Counted from the first letter of the stretch, positions 28,584 to 42,769 are shown. The stretch is DNA of 64,000 nucleotides from Octopus vulgaris (GCA_951406725.2 OX597819.1:45818001-45882000), one strand, 5' to 3'. Notes: generated from the letters alone by a model not told the origin. A program made the numbers and translations.

Positions 28584-28977
28584 ATTATTATTATTATTAT
28601 TGTTGTTGTTGTTATTATTATTATTATTTGTATAAAAACAAAAGAATGAGACCTCGATATTTGTTGAAATAATGGTTTATTTTATACGTTATAAATAGAG
28701 TCAAAACTAAACGGTTGTCATTGCAGTGCTCAGAATCACGCAAGCATAAACATACACACTGATGTTTTCGAATAACACAGACACACACACGTGTGCACCG
28801 ATGCATTCAGAAACATACACACATCCACGCGAGCGCGTTTTTCAATTGCGTAACAGCAACTACGCAAATGCACACATATGCGCAAAGTTGTCCACGTGTA
28901 TCAAGGCATATTAGTGTATCAACGTACGTATATATACACCGGCATACACGTATTCACACCAATGTATTCAAACGACT

Positions 28978-29149
28978 CAAAGTGGCCGTGTGATAAGAAG
29001 CTTGCTTCCCAACCACTTGGTTCAGGGTTCAGTCGCACCTCATAGCACCTTTGTCAACTGTCTGCTACTATAACCTAGGCTCGACAAAAGCCTTCTGGGT
29101 GGATTTGATTGACGGAAACTGAAAGAAGCTCGTCGTATATCTATCTATC

Positions 29150-29196
<47 letters not shown>

Positions 29197-29410
29197 GAAT
29201 GTGCGCGTGTATTTGTCCCCCACCCCCACCATCACGTAACATCCGATGTTGGTGTGTTTACGCCACAGTAACACTAGCGGTTCGGCAGAAGAGAACGACA
29301 GAATAATTACCTGGCTTACAAAGTTCAGGGGTGGGTTTCTTCGACTAAAACGCATTGCTGCAGCATGGCCAGTCAAATGACTGAAACAATTAAAAGAATA
29401 AAAGAAATAA
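28978..29410 (+). mobile_element. SINE family B
   Basis: Family B blocks with internal (TCTA)/(CA)n. Confidence 0.85.
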
Positions 29411-29476
29411 AAGAATACATATGCAAGCCCTTATGTATTGAAAATAGCAAATATTCAAACACACCCATAAATATAT

Positions 29477-29695
29477 ACAGTAATCCCTCGCCATATCACG
29501 ATTCCCCTATCGCGGTTCATCGATCATGGTTCATCGATTGCAGTTCACCTATCGCGGTTCAGCGATCACAGTTCACTGATCGCGGTTCACCTATCGTCGT
29601 ACACCTATCGACGTTTATTATTTAAGCTTACGTTGATTCCTCTTTGGTGTTGTTTTGCATTTATAATATGCAGTACAGTACTGTTTCTACTTTGC
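29477..29695 (+). mobile_element. Tigger/pogo-like terminus with a 14-bp tandem repeat
   Basis: TA-CAGTAATCCCTCG terminus. About 7 degenerate copies of ctatcgcggttca(c/t) at 29495-29600. Confidence 0.55.
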
Positions 29696-29699
29696 AACT

Positions 29700-30595
29700 C
29701 GTACTTAATTTACCTCGGCGAAATTTGAACTCAGAACATAAAGACAGACGAAATACCGCTAATCATTTCTTTTGGTGTGCTAAGATTTCTTTTATCTTTA
29801 CTGCCCACAAGGGGCTACACAGAGAGGGGACAAACAAGGACAGACAAATGGATTAAGTCGATTATATCGAGCCCAGTGCGTAACTGGTACTCATTTAATC
29901 GACCCCGAAAGGATGAAAGTCAGTGTCAACCTATGCGGAATTTGAACTCGGAACGTAGCGGCAGACGAAACACCACTATGCATTTTGGCTGGCGTGCTAA
30001 CGTTTCTGTCAGATCGCCGTCTTCAAACGACTGATTATGAAAGCAGTTAGTACTCCGACGCGGTCGACTTTGTCATTCATCCATTCGGGTCCGATAAAAT
30101 AAGTACCAGTCAAGTACTGGAATGGACATAATTGTCTCTCTCCTTACCTCAAAGACTGCTGTCCCCGGGCAAAACTTCGAAACCACTATTAACGCAATTT
30201 GTAGAGTTAAACTCATTCCGGTGAGATAACATCAATAAGATTAGTTATTTTCAGCGATATAGAAAATACATGTTGAAGAGGATCTAGTCCATAATACTTT
30301 CAATCTCATCATACCTATTCAGCGAAGTATATTTTACTCAGAAGATAAGACTTATATAAATCAGTATAAACATATACACTGGTTTTAAATTTCGGCACAA
30401 TACAGACAAGTTCAGGGGAGGGGATATGTTGATTATATCGCCACCAGTGCTCAACTGGTAAATTATTTTGATTGACACTGAAAAGATAAAAGGCAAAATG
30501 CACGTCGGCAGAATCTGACATCAGAACATTAAGATAAGTGATAAACCGCTAAGCATTTTGCCTGGAGTGTTAATGATTCCACTAGCTCATTGCTC
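29700..30595. mobile_element. Cluster of three SINE family A copies (29700-30020 minus, 30060-30190 plus, 30385-30595 minus)
   Basis: Family A core and tails in alternating orientations. Confidence 0.8.
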
Positions 30596-31060
30596 TCGGT
30601 ATATATAATATATTAAAAGGTAAAAAATTTGTGCCACTGATTATGAATATAAAACAATATGGCTGCGGGTAAATATCTCAGGGGAGTCTCCTACAGCTGC
30701 AATACATATGAAGTACGAACTTGCATATGTGTTGAAATGAGTGGGGAAACGTCGATCAATTGAACTCATTGAAACAATAGAGAAAGAATCCACCTAAAAC
30801 TGCTAAAAAACAAAACAACAAAAATATGACTTATAGCATCAATTAATTGAAATGTTTATAAGTATGCATGACGCATATGAGAATGGATCTAAAGAAAATT
30901 AGCACAAACTATGGACATATTTCGATCTAATTTCATCTCCTCAGTCAAGCAAATTCTATTCTATTCGGTATGTGTGCGTATATATATGTATGTATGTATG
31001 TATATATGTGTGCGGGTGTATAAACATATACGCATGCATGTTTGTATGTATACATAGGCA

Positions 31061-31094
<34 letters not shown>

Positions 31095-31532
31095 TGAGAA
31101 AGTGAGAGAAAGGGAAAGAGACAGACAGACGACAGAAAAAGACGGAAGGAGACAGAGAATAGAAAAAGGGTGTATTAATGTCGAACGGGTACATCGACAA
31201 CATTGCTGGGGGAAAATATCCCAGTGGGGCGGCGCAGGCGTACATATACGCATCTATCTGTACACATCACAAATACACAAATTAAACATGAACAATTAGA
31301 AATATTGTAGACTTTCACGCACATGTACAGGTACGATTTTTTACACGCACGCCCGTGCGAGCACACACACGCCCGTGCGAGCACACACACACACGAAAAC
31401 ACTAACACTCGAACACAGGATTCCTCTCTTAGTCACAAATGTTAATAAGTATTTCAAACTCAGCTGTCTTTTGCGCGTTGTAGAAAGATAGAGGTAGACA
31501 CACAGACATACAGATAGATAGATAGATGGATG

Positions 31533-31581
<49 letters not shown>

Positions 31582-31781
31582 GTAGACAGAGAGACAGACA
31601 GACAGGCAAGTAAACAGATATATAGATACATACATATATACGTAAGTACATGCATACACTTACACACTTCTCTCTGTCAATCTATTTATCTATCTGTCTA
31701 TATATCTAACCTATATATGTATATATATATATATATGTATGTCTCTCTGTCTGTCTCTGTGTGTGTATATACATACAAACA

Positions 31782-31828
<47 letters not shown>

Positions 31829-32986
31829 ACACCCACGTATACATACAATGGTTTATTGAACATGAAATTACTTTATATGTATGCTGAGAGGAGCAGAGAA
31901 AAAGAATTGTGGAGGGGAGAGAGAAATACGCATCTCCGTAGACAAGTACAAGTGGTGATAGTGAAATAATGGCTTATGGTTAAAAGAAGACCGAAACACA
32001 ACAGAAGAGATTAACAAATTCTAATGACCAGTAAACAAATATTTTTATTGGAATCTCTTACGTGGCTTCGTAGCTCATTTGTTTGTTTACTGTTTTTCTA
32101 ACGGTACATGATGTGTGTGTGCGCGCGCTCGCGCGTGTGTGTGTGTGTATGTGTGTGTCTGTGTGTGTGTGTGAGTTTGCATGATTTTGTTTTCTGCATG
32201 TGTTTCTGTGAGGTATTTTTATGTATGCAACCTATAGTTCTTCACCTACCGACCAGACATCACAACGATTTCAACTCTATCCGACAATACTAGTGATTTA
32301 CGTGTGAATGTTCAGGTTCTTTTCGTCTACTATTGTATGTTCATGGGAACGGGAGAAATGATACTGACGATGTGTACGATCTAAAGTATACAAGCTGGAT
32401 AACATTTCTGAAAATTATGTCTACTTCAGTATTAATTTTTACCTAAAACAAGCCACAACAGCAAAAGATTGCGTTCTTCAGCTATCACAACGATTTCTTC
32501 AGACATCACAACGATTTCAACTCTATCCGACAATATTAGTGATTTACGCGTGAATGTTCAGATTCTTTTCGCCTACTATCGTTACACCTATATCGTTACT
32601 TCCACATCATATATTCAAGTGCATTACCAAAACAAGCTATATAATAGAGTTGTACTCGTGATGTGTAGTGTCACCAAAGCGGATTAAAACTTTGGGGTAT
32701 TTCTAACTTAACGGTGTGACAAACGGTACTAAAATTGTTGTTTGTCTTAGAGGAAATTTCTCTTTTTAGAGCTCTTGATTTCACTTACTTCGGCTAATTC
32801 TGGAAGAGCGGTCAATAATATGGTGTTGGGAGTCTCATGCGGTCCCTTTTAGGATACTTAACAGTCAAGTTCCAGTCATAAAATCCTTGGTGTTCACAAA
32901 AAAGCACTTTATTAAGCATGCTCTTCCCTCATGTCAATACTAATTTCTCCAACAAATTTATTAAGCCTATTATCAATATTATTACC

Positions 32987-33270
32987 GAGTGAGAGAGCAG
33001 AGCATGATATCAAAGTGACACTGGGATAAAATATACGAAGCCCAGTATACCCATCATGACTACCAGTCTGATGAGGGCACCCCAGACACATGCATCACAA
33101 CCATATGTGCGCGACATGGTGGTTTTATAACAAGATCAACTGCGCATCACTTTGCAGGTGGGGCCCAGTTAGAATTTTCTTCAGGTCGAGTAGCCCATCC
33201 CGCCCGAAAGGTCCCCGAATAAGGATTTTCTAAGGATGTTGAACGAAACACCCATTTTACCAAAGGTGAA
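32987..33270 (-). mobile_element. Element T, partial copy
   Basis: Matches 26337-26615. Preceded by decayed (ATT)n (ctattatcaatattatta). Confidence 0.75.
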
Positions 33271-33536
33271 ATATATAAAAAAAGTATTGTCGAAAACAAT
33301 AGATTCCAAAATTTGAAAACACGGCGGGAACTTAGCTGCAAACCCAATAAATATTATATATATATTTTTTATATATATATATATTGATTTTGTTTCAGAA
33401 CTGGTATTATATTCATCGATCTCGAAGAACTTAAAACGAGAGCAAAAACAACTGGGATGATTACCATAGAGCAATCTATCTAACACTTTAACGTCAGCTG
33501 AATCGGTGCCTTATTTAGTTGGGTAATTGCATCACC

Positions 33537-33619
<83 letters not shown>

Positions 33620-33742
33620 CTGGACATCCTTGTGTTTTTGTGTATGAGTATTTGTCTGTTTGCATTTCTATGTGGTTCAGTGTTGTTCTCTGATATGTTT
33701 GTAATGAAATCTTAGATAAGTGAATCATCCCCTCCCCCGATA

Positions 33743-33815
<73 letters not shown>

Positions 33816-34055
33816 GTGTGAGTGCGAACGCTTTTCTGATTCACTATCAATGCTCGTCTCTGAAAGGTAAAGAGATAGCGTGTCTGTGCATATATGCATA
33901 TGCATGTATTTGAACAGTTGAGTTTATGAAAGATAAATGGGCATTTGATATAACATATGAATATCTTTGTATGACAGCGTTTTCATCGATGTTATTTAAC
34001 CCCAGGGCAACCTTGACGCAAAAGACTTACGATCAGACACCTTCCAATGTTAACC

Positions 34056-34282
34056 TATTTCTTTATTACCCACAAGGGGCTAAACATAGAGGGGACAAAC
34101 AAGGACAGCCATAGGTATTAAGTCGATTACATCGACCCCAGTGCGTAACTGGTACTTAATTTATCGACCCCGAAAGGATGAAAGGCAAAGTCGACCTCGG
34201 CGGAATTTGAACTCACAACGTAACGCAGACGAAATACCGCTAAGCATTTCGCCCGACGTGCTAACGTTTCTGCCAGCTCGCC
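34056..34282 (-). mobile_element. SINE family A monomer (tail 1) with TSD
   Basis: Flanked by ccttccaatgttaacc at ~34040 and ~34281. Confidence 0.9.
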
Positions 34283-34459
34283 TTCCAATGTTAACCGTCC
34301 CGCATTGCATCTTAGCTAAGACTTCATTATGCAAACGTGTTCCTTCTTTATTTATGACTGAGGAGCTGAAATTTGAGGGAACGAGGTTTGTCTGACATAT
34401 CTTAAATGTCCAGCATCATTGCACAAGCTCTTTCCTTCCTTTAGTGTGTGATTTTTGTG

Positions 34460-34778
34460 AGGGCGCGTGGCTTAGTGGTTAGGGCATTCGGCTCATGATC
34501 GTAAGATTGTGAGTTCGATTACCGGCGACGCGTTGTGTCCTTGAGCAAGACACTTTATTTCACGTTGCTCCAGTCCACTCAGCTGGCAAAAATGAGTTGT
34601 ACTTGTATTTCAAAGGGTCAGCCTTGTCACTCTCTGTGTCACGCTGATTATCCCCGAGAACTACGTTAAGGGTACACGTGTCTGTGGAATGCTCAACCAT
34701 TTGCACGTTAATTTCACGAGCAAGCTGTTCCGTTGATCGTATCAGCTGGGACCCTCGTCGTCGTAACCGGCGGAGTCT
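34460..34778 (+). mobile_element. SINE family C (head C + tail Y)
   Basis: GGCGCGTGGCTTAGTGG A box and GAGTTCGATT B box. Flanked by ttt(a)agtgtgtgattttt-like direct repeats (~34441, ~34783). Confidence 0.9.
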
Positions 34779-35344
34779 TTTTTTAAAGTGTGTGATTTTT
34801 AGTCCTTGATGTGATTGTGTGTATTTATCGAAAGAGAACGGTAAAGTGCTCACATGTGTGCACATGTGTTTCTACGTGTGCCTCCTATGCGCACTTAACC
34901 GAATATATAACCATGAGTATAGGAAGAAAAAAAAAACGAAAAGGGAGGTGGTAGCATGCATGCATCATCTAATCTCTCCTACCAGCTTCTATTTACCATT
35001 AGTCACAATGATGAGCAGAGTTGGGTGATTGGAAAAGAGGACGATGGGCAGAGGTGGGTGAAAGGAAATTAAGGGCAAAACGAGGGTATAAAAAATATCC
35101 CATCGAAGAGGATTCAGGTTTGGGGTGGAAAATGTATCCCTCTCCCCTACCTACTAGCACTGTGTCGATATTGGCTTATTAAATGATGTTTGTTAATTAA
35201 GCTTTGATCAATATATGGATAATTGCAGCATTTGCGGAGAAAATCTGCTTTCTTAATTGAAAATAATAATTTAGATTTTAATCAATGAATCTGATTGATA
35301 GGTACATCGGATCAATAAATAGATAGTTGTTATTACCATTATAT

Positions 35345-35382
35345 CACCGTCGTTGTTGTTGTTGCTGTGATTGTTGTTGTAG

Positions 35383-35414
<32 letters not shown>

Positions 35415-35585
35415 GGTAGTGGTGGTGATGATGATGATGATGATGATCTTGTTGCTTGTTTGCTTGCTTGTCTTTTTCCCCTGCTACGCCACGTTGGGTT
35501 GTTGCTTCGTTCTTAAATTTCGGTTGTAGTTTTACATTCACATTCATTTCCCTCGCTCTGTCTGTCAGTCGGCCTGTCTGTTGGC

Positions 35586-35649
<64 letters not shown>

Positions 35650-35733
35650 CCTCTCTGTTTCTTTCTCTTTTTCCGTCTCATTCATTGATTTGAGTAACTA
35701 CAACTACTACTACAGATAATAATGACGATGAAG

Positions 35734-35803
<70 letters not shown>

Positions 35804-36020
35804 GAAGAAGGAAAAGAAGAAGACGACGAAGACGAAGAAGAAGAAGAAGAAGAAGAAGAAGAAGAAGAAGAAGAAGAAGAGGGAGAAGAAGAAGAAGAAG
35901 AAGAAGAGGGAGAAGAAGAAGAAGAAGAAGAAGAAGAAGAAGAAGAAGAAGAAGAACAGCAGCAGCAGCAACAACAACAACAACAGCTACAATAACAACA
36001 ACAACCGCAATAATGCGATA
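35345..36020. repeat. Compound microsatellite block (TTG)/(TGA), (TC)n, (AAT)n, (AAG)n, (CAG)/(CAA)
   Basis: Direct inspection. Confidence 0.95.
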
Positions 36021-36262
36021 ATAAGAATATTAGTAAAAATAATGACAAGAGCAACGTGAAGCAGAAAGATTTCTTGCATTATTACAATTTTGTTGAGGAT
36101 GGCACCAATGTATTTTGGTAAGCATTAATTGGTTTATACAAGTATATAAACATATATGCGAAAGCGTGGGCGAATGTGAAACAGAGAATATATGTGATAT
36201 ATGTGCGTGTATGTATTTTGTGAGTGTGAGTGAGAAAGGGAGGAATGGAAGGAAAGAAAGAA

Positions 36263-36293
<31 letters not shown>

Positions 36294-36437
36294 GAATGCG
36301 TGCGAATTAAGCGCGTGTGTGAACGCTAGCTTAGAGCGCACAAATAAAAGACAACTAAAACTTCATCAAATGAATAAAAGGTTCATCTTGTATTAATATG
36401 TGTGTGTGTATGTATACTATATATCCTATCTATTTCA

Positions 36438-36521
<84 letters not shown>

Positions 36522-36854
36522 AAAATCAAGAAAGAGGGAACAAATTTCAAACGTCAGTGTCCATATTCACTCAATATATTTCAAAGCATCGGAATACTCC
36601 ACAGTATACACAAGATATAATATTAAAAAATATATAAATATATGAGTACATAAATGCATAAATGTACTTGCGAGGCTGTACGTCTGTATTAAAATCAATG
36701 AGGATATTAAAATAGGCACATAGTGAATGTATAGCGGTGATCCAAATAGATAGAGAATTATTTTAAAAAGATTCTACAGTAGGTGCAAAATATGACGGCC
36801 GTTTCGAGAGTTATCTAAATCTTAAAGTCTTATCTCTATATGCATATATGTGCG

Positions 36855-36914
<60 letters not shown>

Positions 36915-37054
36915 CATGTATACACATATGCACATAAAAACACACAAATGTATATGTGTGTGCACATATACACACACACATATATGATAGATCGCTAGCC
37001 ACTACACATTATTTTCTCCCCCCCCCCCATATATATATATATATATATATATAT

Positions 37055-37267
37055 TTCTACTCTTGACACAAGGCCCGAAATCTTTGGAGAGAGAGCCAGT
37101 CGATTAGATCGAGCCCAGTACGCAACTGGTACTTAATTCATCGACCCCGAAAGAATGAAAGGTAAAGTTGACCACGGCGGAATTTGAAGTCAGGATGTAA
37201 AGGCAGGTGAAATACCGCTAAGCATCATTTCACCCGGCGTGCTAACGTTTCTACCAACTCACCGCCC
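37055..37267 (-). mobile_element. SINE family A monomer (tail 2)
   Basis: Reverse complement of 2860-3075. Confidence 0.85.
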
Positions 37268-37277
37268 TATACATATG

Positions 37278-37339
<62 letters not shown>

Positions 37340-37504
37340 TGTGTATGTATGTATGTATGTATATGTAAGTATATATATATGCGTTTGTGTGTATGTATGT
37401 GCGTATGCGTGCGTTTGTGTGCGTCTGTTTGTATTTAATGATATTCCTTATAGTAATAGTCTTAATGCTGATGATGTTAATATCACTAATGGTAGAAATT
37501 AAGA

Positions 37505-37747
37505 AGTATTAATGTGGCCGATCATATTAAATTTAACGATCTTAAGATAGTAGTTAACTAAATACAAAGAGAGCCCTTAAATATATGGCCTCTCCAAACG
37601 AGAACAGTACGTCTGATCATTGGAGCCTTTGGACGTAACATCAAATGGCATTCAAATACTATAGCCAAATACCAGAAATGGTAAAGTATCAGAACGAGGA
37701 AATATGTTCTCATGGGTACTGCCCACCTCCTAAGAAAAATACTGTGA
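37505..37747 (+). mobile_element. Old R4/Dong-like LINE C-terminal fragment
   Basis: Translates (with frameshifts) to LTKYKE..IWPLQTRTVRLIIGAFG..KYYSQIP..RKYVLMGTAHLLRKIL*, colinear with LSKYKD..MWNLKTETIPIIVGALG..QKIALLGTAHILRRTL at 27662-27901. Confidence 0.7.
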
Positions 37748-37796
37748 ACCAGAGAATAGCTCATTCTTTTAAAACGTTTACAAAGGTCGAAATATT

Positions 37797-38130
37797 CTTT
37801 TCTACTCTAGGTACAAGGCCGGAAAATTTGGGGGAGGGGGCCAGTCGATAAGATCGATCGCAGTACGCAACCGGTACTTAATTAATCGACCCTAAAAGGA
37901 TGAAAGGCAAACTTGACCTCGGCGGAATTTGAACTGAGAACGTCACGGCTGACGAAATACTGCTAAGCATTTCGCCCGGCGTGCTAACGTTTCTTATTTC
38001 TTTATTGCTCACAAGGGGCTAAACATAGAGGGGACAAACAAGGACAGACAAACGGATTGAGTCGATTATATCGACCCCCAGTGCGTAACTGGTACTTATT
38101 TAATCGACCCCCCTAAAGGATGAAATGCAA
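37797..38130 (-). mobile_element. SINE family A dimer, 5'-truncated
   Basis: Same tail-1 / head junction as 19008-19032. Confidence 0.85.
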
Positions 38131-38208
38131 CAGAATCTTAGTTCTCAGGCTGGTCTCTTCTCTCTACAATATATCGTTGCTAATCATAAAGAACAAATTG
38201 GAAACGTA

Positions 38209-38430
38209 GAGGCGCGTATCTTAGTGGTTAGGATTTTGCGCTCATGATCATAAGATTATGGTTTCGAGTCCTACCGCGAGCGATGTGTTGTATACTTGTG
38301 CAAACCATTTTCATTTCAGGTTTCTCCACTTTACTCAGCTGGTAAAAATGTGTAATTCTGTGACAGACTCGCGTCTCGTTCCTAGTGATAGGGAGAATAT
38401 ATATATACTACAGAATCCGGGAAATGATCC
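38209..38430 (+). mobile_element. SINE family C (tail X), diverged
   Basis: gaggcgcgtatcttagtggttagg...actcagctggtaaaaatg. Confidence 0.7.
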
Positions 38431-39509
38431 TATTTTTCCGCAAGGATCTTTAATTGATTTTAAAAAAATCATAAATAACGCCCACAGTAAAACATCCTAA
38501 TTGCTGTTACTTAATTTCTCTAGCTAAGACTTGGACCAATTCGTATATGACAAAGCAACACCCATGAAAAGTATTTGTAATAATAGTAATAAATAACATG
38601 ACATTTTTTTGAAATTACTAAATTAAATAAGATTACGTGGGAGAGACTATAAATAATTATTTTCTGACAAAAACATGGCCTCTAATTTCTACGACGATGA
38701 ATAATTAAAATTTAAAATAATTTTCTCGCTTTTTTCTTTACAAATTATATTAATAAAATTTAACTCTCTAAGAATATCGGTAAAACCAAAGTTAATCGCA
38801 GTACATAAATATTGCTATAACTACACGGCTTACAAAATTTATTAGCACCGAACCACTTCAGAACAATGTAAAACTTTAACAAACACATTACTGCAACGCC
38901 TCTCACAGAAATTTTGGCATTCAACAAAATGTATTACTGGCAAAATTCAGCAGAAGCGTTTCAAAGAAATCGTTCATACACTGATGAATAGCTATTCTGT
39001 TATCTGAATAAAGTAAATGGAACGAACTGAAAAGCATATTGATAAAAGTGTATTGATATCTATCTAATGCGCTGGCTAATATGCTACATGTTCCGAAATC
39101 ATTCGGGACACACCCGTATATACAAATGCTTTCATGAATTTACACATGTATTACCACATGTTATCATAAATGTAATTCCTCGTTAGGAAGTAGGATGACA
39201 GTTTGTGTATTAAGTTCAATGAAGACAAAGGCATATCAGCTGGTTTAGTTATTAGCTTAGAAACCGATGCATAACCTTAGTACGATAATTAATTAGTTTT
39301 ACTTAATTCGAAGGCAGCATACGCTTGTCCATGTTGTGTACATTATACGAAATACCAGTGGCTTGCTTTGGATAATTCTGATTGATGAAACAACGGTGTT
39401 ACATCTATGAACCGAAAATGTGATAAAAATAGTCACTATAAAAGGGACATTTTCTCTTGTAATTAATACAACGGCTGGCATATTTCGCGTTCAAATCTGC
39501 CGGACAGAT

Positions 39510-39813
39510 ATCTTTTATCTTTTTATCTTTTACTTGTTTCAGTCAATAGACTATGTCGTTGCTGGGGCACCGTCTTGAGAAATTTGCGGTCGAATGAATA
39601 GAACCCAACAGTTTTTATTATTATTATTTTTTTTTTGCGTTAAGCTTGGTATTTATTCTGTCTGTCAATTCTGTCAATTTTGCCGAACCGCTGGCTTCGG
39701 AGACGTGCCAACACAGAATGTCAAGCGGTGGTGGTGCTGCTGCAAACACAGGTACAACACACACACACACCACACATCGACTCCGACGCACGCACGCACT
39801 CACGTGGGCCCAC

Positions 39814-39869
<56 letters not shown>

Positions 39870-39910
39870 TTCTTTCGGTTTCCGTCTGCCAAATACACTT
39901 CCAAAGCTTT
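39510..39910 (-). mobile_element. SINE family B, 5'-truncated
   Basis: ttttacttgtttcagtca...ttttgccgaaccgct...(CA)n...gtttccgtctgccaaat. Confidence 0.8.
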
Positions 39911-40169
39911 GGGCTATATATCAGGTCATGACTCTTGGGTGTCCTTCTATCAACACATTTTAGCCTCTTGGATATCGGAGACTTGCGCATTTAAATTTCA
40001 TCGGATATTTCGTCCACTTGTATCTCCTATCCGTTGACTCAGCATTCAAACTTATACATACAGAAAAAATAACGTTGGTTGTCATGGTAATGGTGAAAGG
40101 TCAACCCTATCACAATGACTCACTCTTCTCTTAGCGTTAAAATACAAAATTATTGCCTTCAAACTATTT

Positions 40170-40350
40170 GGAGGTCGTTTTCGTTCCTCCTCGACCAGAT
40201 CTAACTGGAACATCTCTCCACCGTCTCTGATATTGCATTCAGGGCATTGATTCTGCTCTTCCCAGAGAGCGTTGGTTGTATCATTAGATCATAAGCAGAT
40301 TTGTACACAAAATCTCTAGTTCCAACTTTTATGCTGAGAACAATCAGCCT
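40170..40350 (-). mobile_element. Decayed C-terminus of an RLE-type LINE (Hero/NeSL-like)
   Basis: Minus frame reads IKVGTRDFVYKSAYDLM...SGKSRINALNAISETVERCSS*IWSRRN, resembling the EVGCRGFV..S...L.....G..R..A...IS...ER.S.WIW.RR terminus of these elements. Confidence 0.5.
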
Positions 40351-41174
40351 AAAATTTAAAAAAATGTTACATTTCTAATCTATGTGCCGAAAACACTGAT
40401 ATACTATTCTATATCAGCTTCACTTGAAATATCCTTATCAAAAGAACAGTTTGAATGCTAACGCACTATAATGAGCTTTGTAAAAGGCCCAAAACAATAA
40501 TTCTCTTTCTGAAATTTTTGCTGGTAACACCCTAGTCTCTAGTGAGCTGAGGTAAGTGAATCATAATTTGGTGTCTCCGTTTCCAGTTCAAATACTCCTC
40601 GAGGATTGCAGTTTATCCTTGTCGATGATTATAAATGTATATCTCTGACATGGTTGCTGACAGTAACCTAGTTGGTATTAAGATGAAGTCAGTGATTCAT
40701 GATTCTGTGTTTCCTTTTCGAGTCCAAATACTGCTCTTGTATTGCTGTTTATCCTTTCGAATGACGGTTAATAAATTAAGTAACTGTAATTACTTCGGTC
40801 CAGTCGATCGAATAATGCCCCAACTCTTTTACAAAAAAAAAACAAAAAAAAAAACAGACTAGAGGAGCGTAAGGAGGCAATCATTTTTATGTTCTTTCTC
40901 TTAGGTTCAATTTATAAAAGGGCCCCCGAAAAAAAATATTACAACTCACATAATAATAAATAAACAACTAAAGAAATGTAAAGCCTAAACAAAAAAAGCA
41001 CAAAATATTTTTAAAATGTAAAGGCAACAATAACATCAACAACAACAGTAGCAACATCAATAGTGCAATAATGAAGTTGTTGATTTATGTCCGTTCGACT
41101 GTAGGGTCATTGCAGAGGTGACTTTATGGCTAAAACAGATGATAGCATTTCATTAATTTTTATCTCTTTCTAAC

Positions 41175-42110
41175 ACCATCACCTACACCACCAGTGACAT
41201 CATCATCATCATCATGATCATCATCAGCAGCAGCAGCATCACCATCATCTCCATCATCATCGTCAGCAGCAGTAGTATCACCATCTCCTCCATGATCATG
41301 ATCATCATCATCATCATGATCATCATCATCATGACAAACAGCGATAACATTACCACCACTGCCATCGTATCAGCAAACATAAACTCCACCCCCATCACCA
41401 CCACCACCACCATCACCACCACCACCACCACCACCATCACCACCACCACCACCACCACCACCACCACCACCATCACCACCACCACCACCACCATCGTCAC
41501 CATCGCTGTCACACCACCACAATCACTGCCACCACTATCGACGCCAACGCCACTTAAACAGTCGAAATCAGAATTATCGTCTCCAACCACCCATCCTCCT
41601 AAATCTAACTCCTACTCCCCCTCCAACGCCTATCGCTTGATTCACCTCTAACTTCAAGAACCAACAATAACAACTGTTTCGCACCACCACGACTACTGTC
41701 GCTACAACAACAACAACAACAACAGCCAACAACCTTTCCATTACCGTTGCTTCATATTCAACCAGCGCAACTACTGGCTTTGCAGCCATTACTACGCACC
41801 ACCGCCACCACCACAAACACCACCACCATCAACACCGCCAACACCACCATCATCATCATCCCCATCAGGAATACCACTAACACTAATATTTCAATGGCGA
41901 AGGCTACCATCATGATAAGCATCACTACCACCAAAAAACAAGCAATAACAAAAGACAAAAACAAAACGCCATCACAATTATGAGAGGAGCTTCGTCATAT
42001 TACTATGTATGAACACAAACAGGGAAACAACCATTATCTCTACTGCGGTCACCATCATCACCACTACCACCACCACCAACAACACCGCCACTACTACCAC
42101 CACCATCAAC
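41175..42110. repeat. Degenerate (CAT/CAC/CAA)n low-complexity tract
   Basis: Direct inspection. A similar tract continues at 44020-44340 and 44720-44880. Confidence 0.9.
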
Positions 42111-42119
42111 TATTTTTGT

Positions 42120-42495
42120 GGCACTCCGATGCTTACGACAACAAGGGTTCCAGTTGATACGATCAACGGAACAGCCTGCTCGTGAAATCAACGTGCAAGT
42201 GGCTGAGCACTCCACAAACACGTGTACCCATAACGTAGTTCTCGGGGATATTCAGCATGACAGAGTGTGACAAGGCTGGCCCTTTGAATTACAGGCACAA
42301 CAGAAACAGGAAGTAAGAGTGAGAGAAAGTTGTAGGGAAAGAGTACAGCAGGGTTCGCCATCATCCCCTGCTGGAGCCTCGTGGAGCTTTAGGTGTTTTC
42401 GCTCAATAAACACTCACAACGCCCAGTCTGGGAACCGAAACCCCGATACTATGATCGCGAGTCCGCTTCCCTAACCACTGGGCCATTGCGCCTCC
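42120..42495 (-). mobile_element. tRNA-derived SINE (head D + distinct middle + tail Y)
   Basis: Minus strand starts GGAGGCGCAATGGCCCAGTGGTTAGGG. The last ~170 bp match tail Y of 34610-34778. Confidence 0.85.
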
Positions 42496-42769
42496 GCTAA
42501 CAGCAACTATAGTAACATTGATATCGCCTCCCCGCTACAAGTATAACAACTGCAACTGACTCAAGAATTACAACCACAACCGTCAGAACTGTAACCACAC
42601 ACACAAAAAAACAATCACTTGGCTACCATTCTTTATGACTTGTACTATCTGGCAACTGACTGCAGCAAGACTAACAACATCATTACTGTAGATACTATTA
42701 CTATAGACTAGTGTTTCTCAGCCAGGGACCATCTAAGATTTCATCGTTAAAATTTGTGCAATAAATTGG

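Noticed and set aside
35344-35685. Poly-His/poly-Gln ORF resembling a transcription factor segment
   Set aside because: Composed of (GA)n and trinucleotide repeats. No domain and no convincing splice sites.
41214-41983. Thr/Ile-rich mucin-like ORFs
   Set aside because: Degenerate CAC/CAT repeats with frame-breaking stops, interrupted by SINEs.
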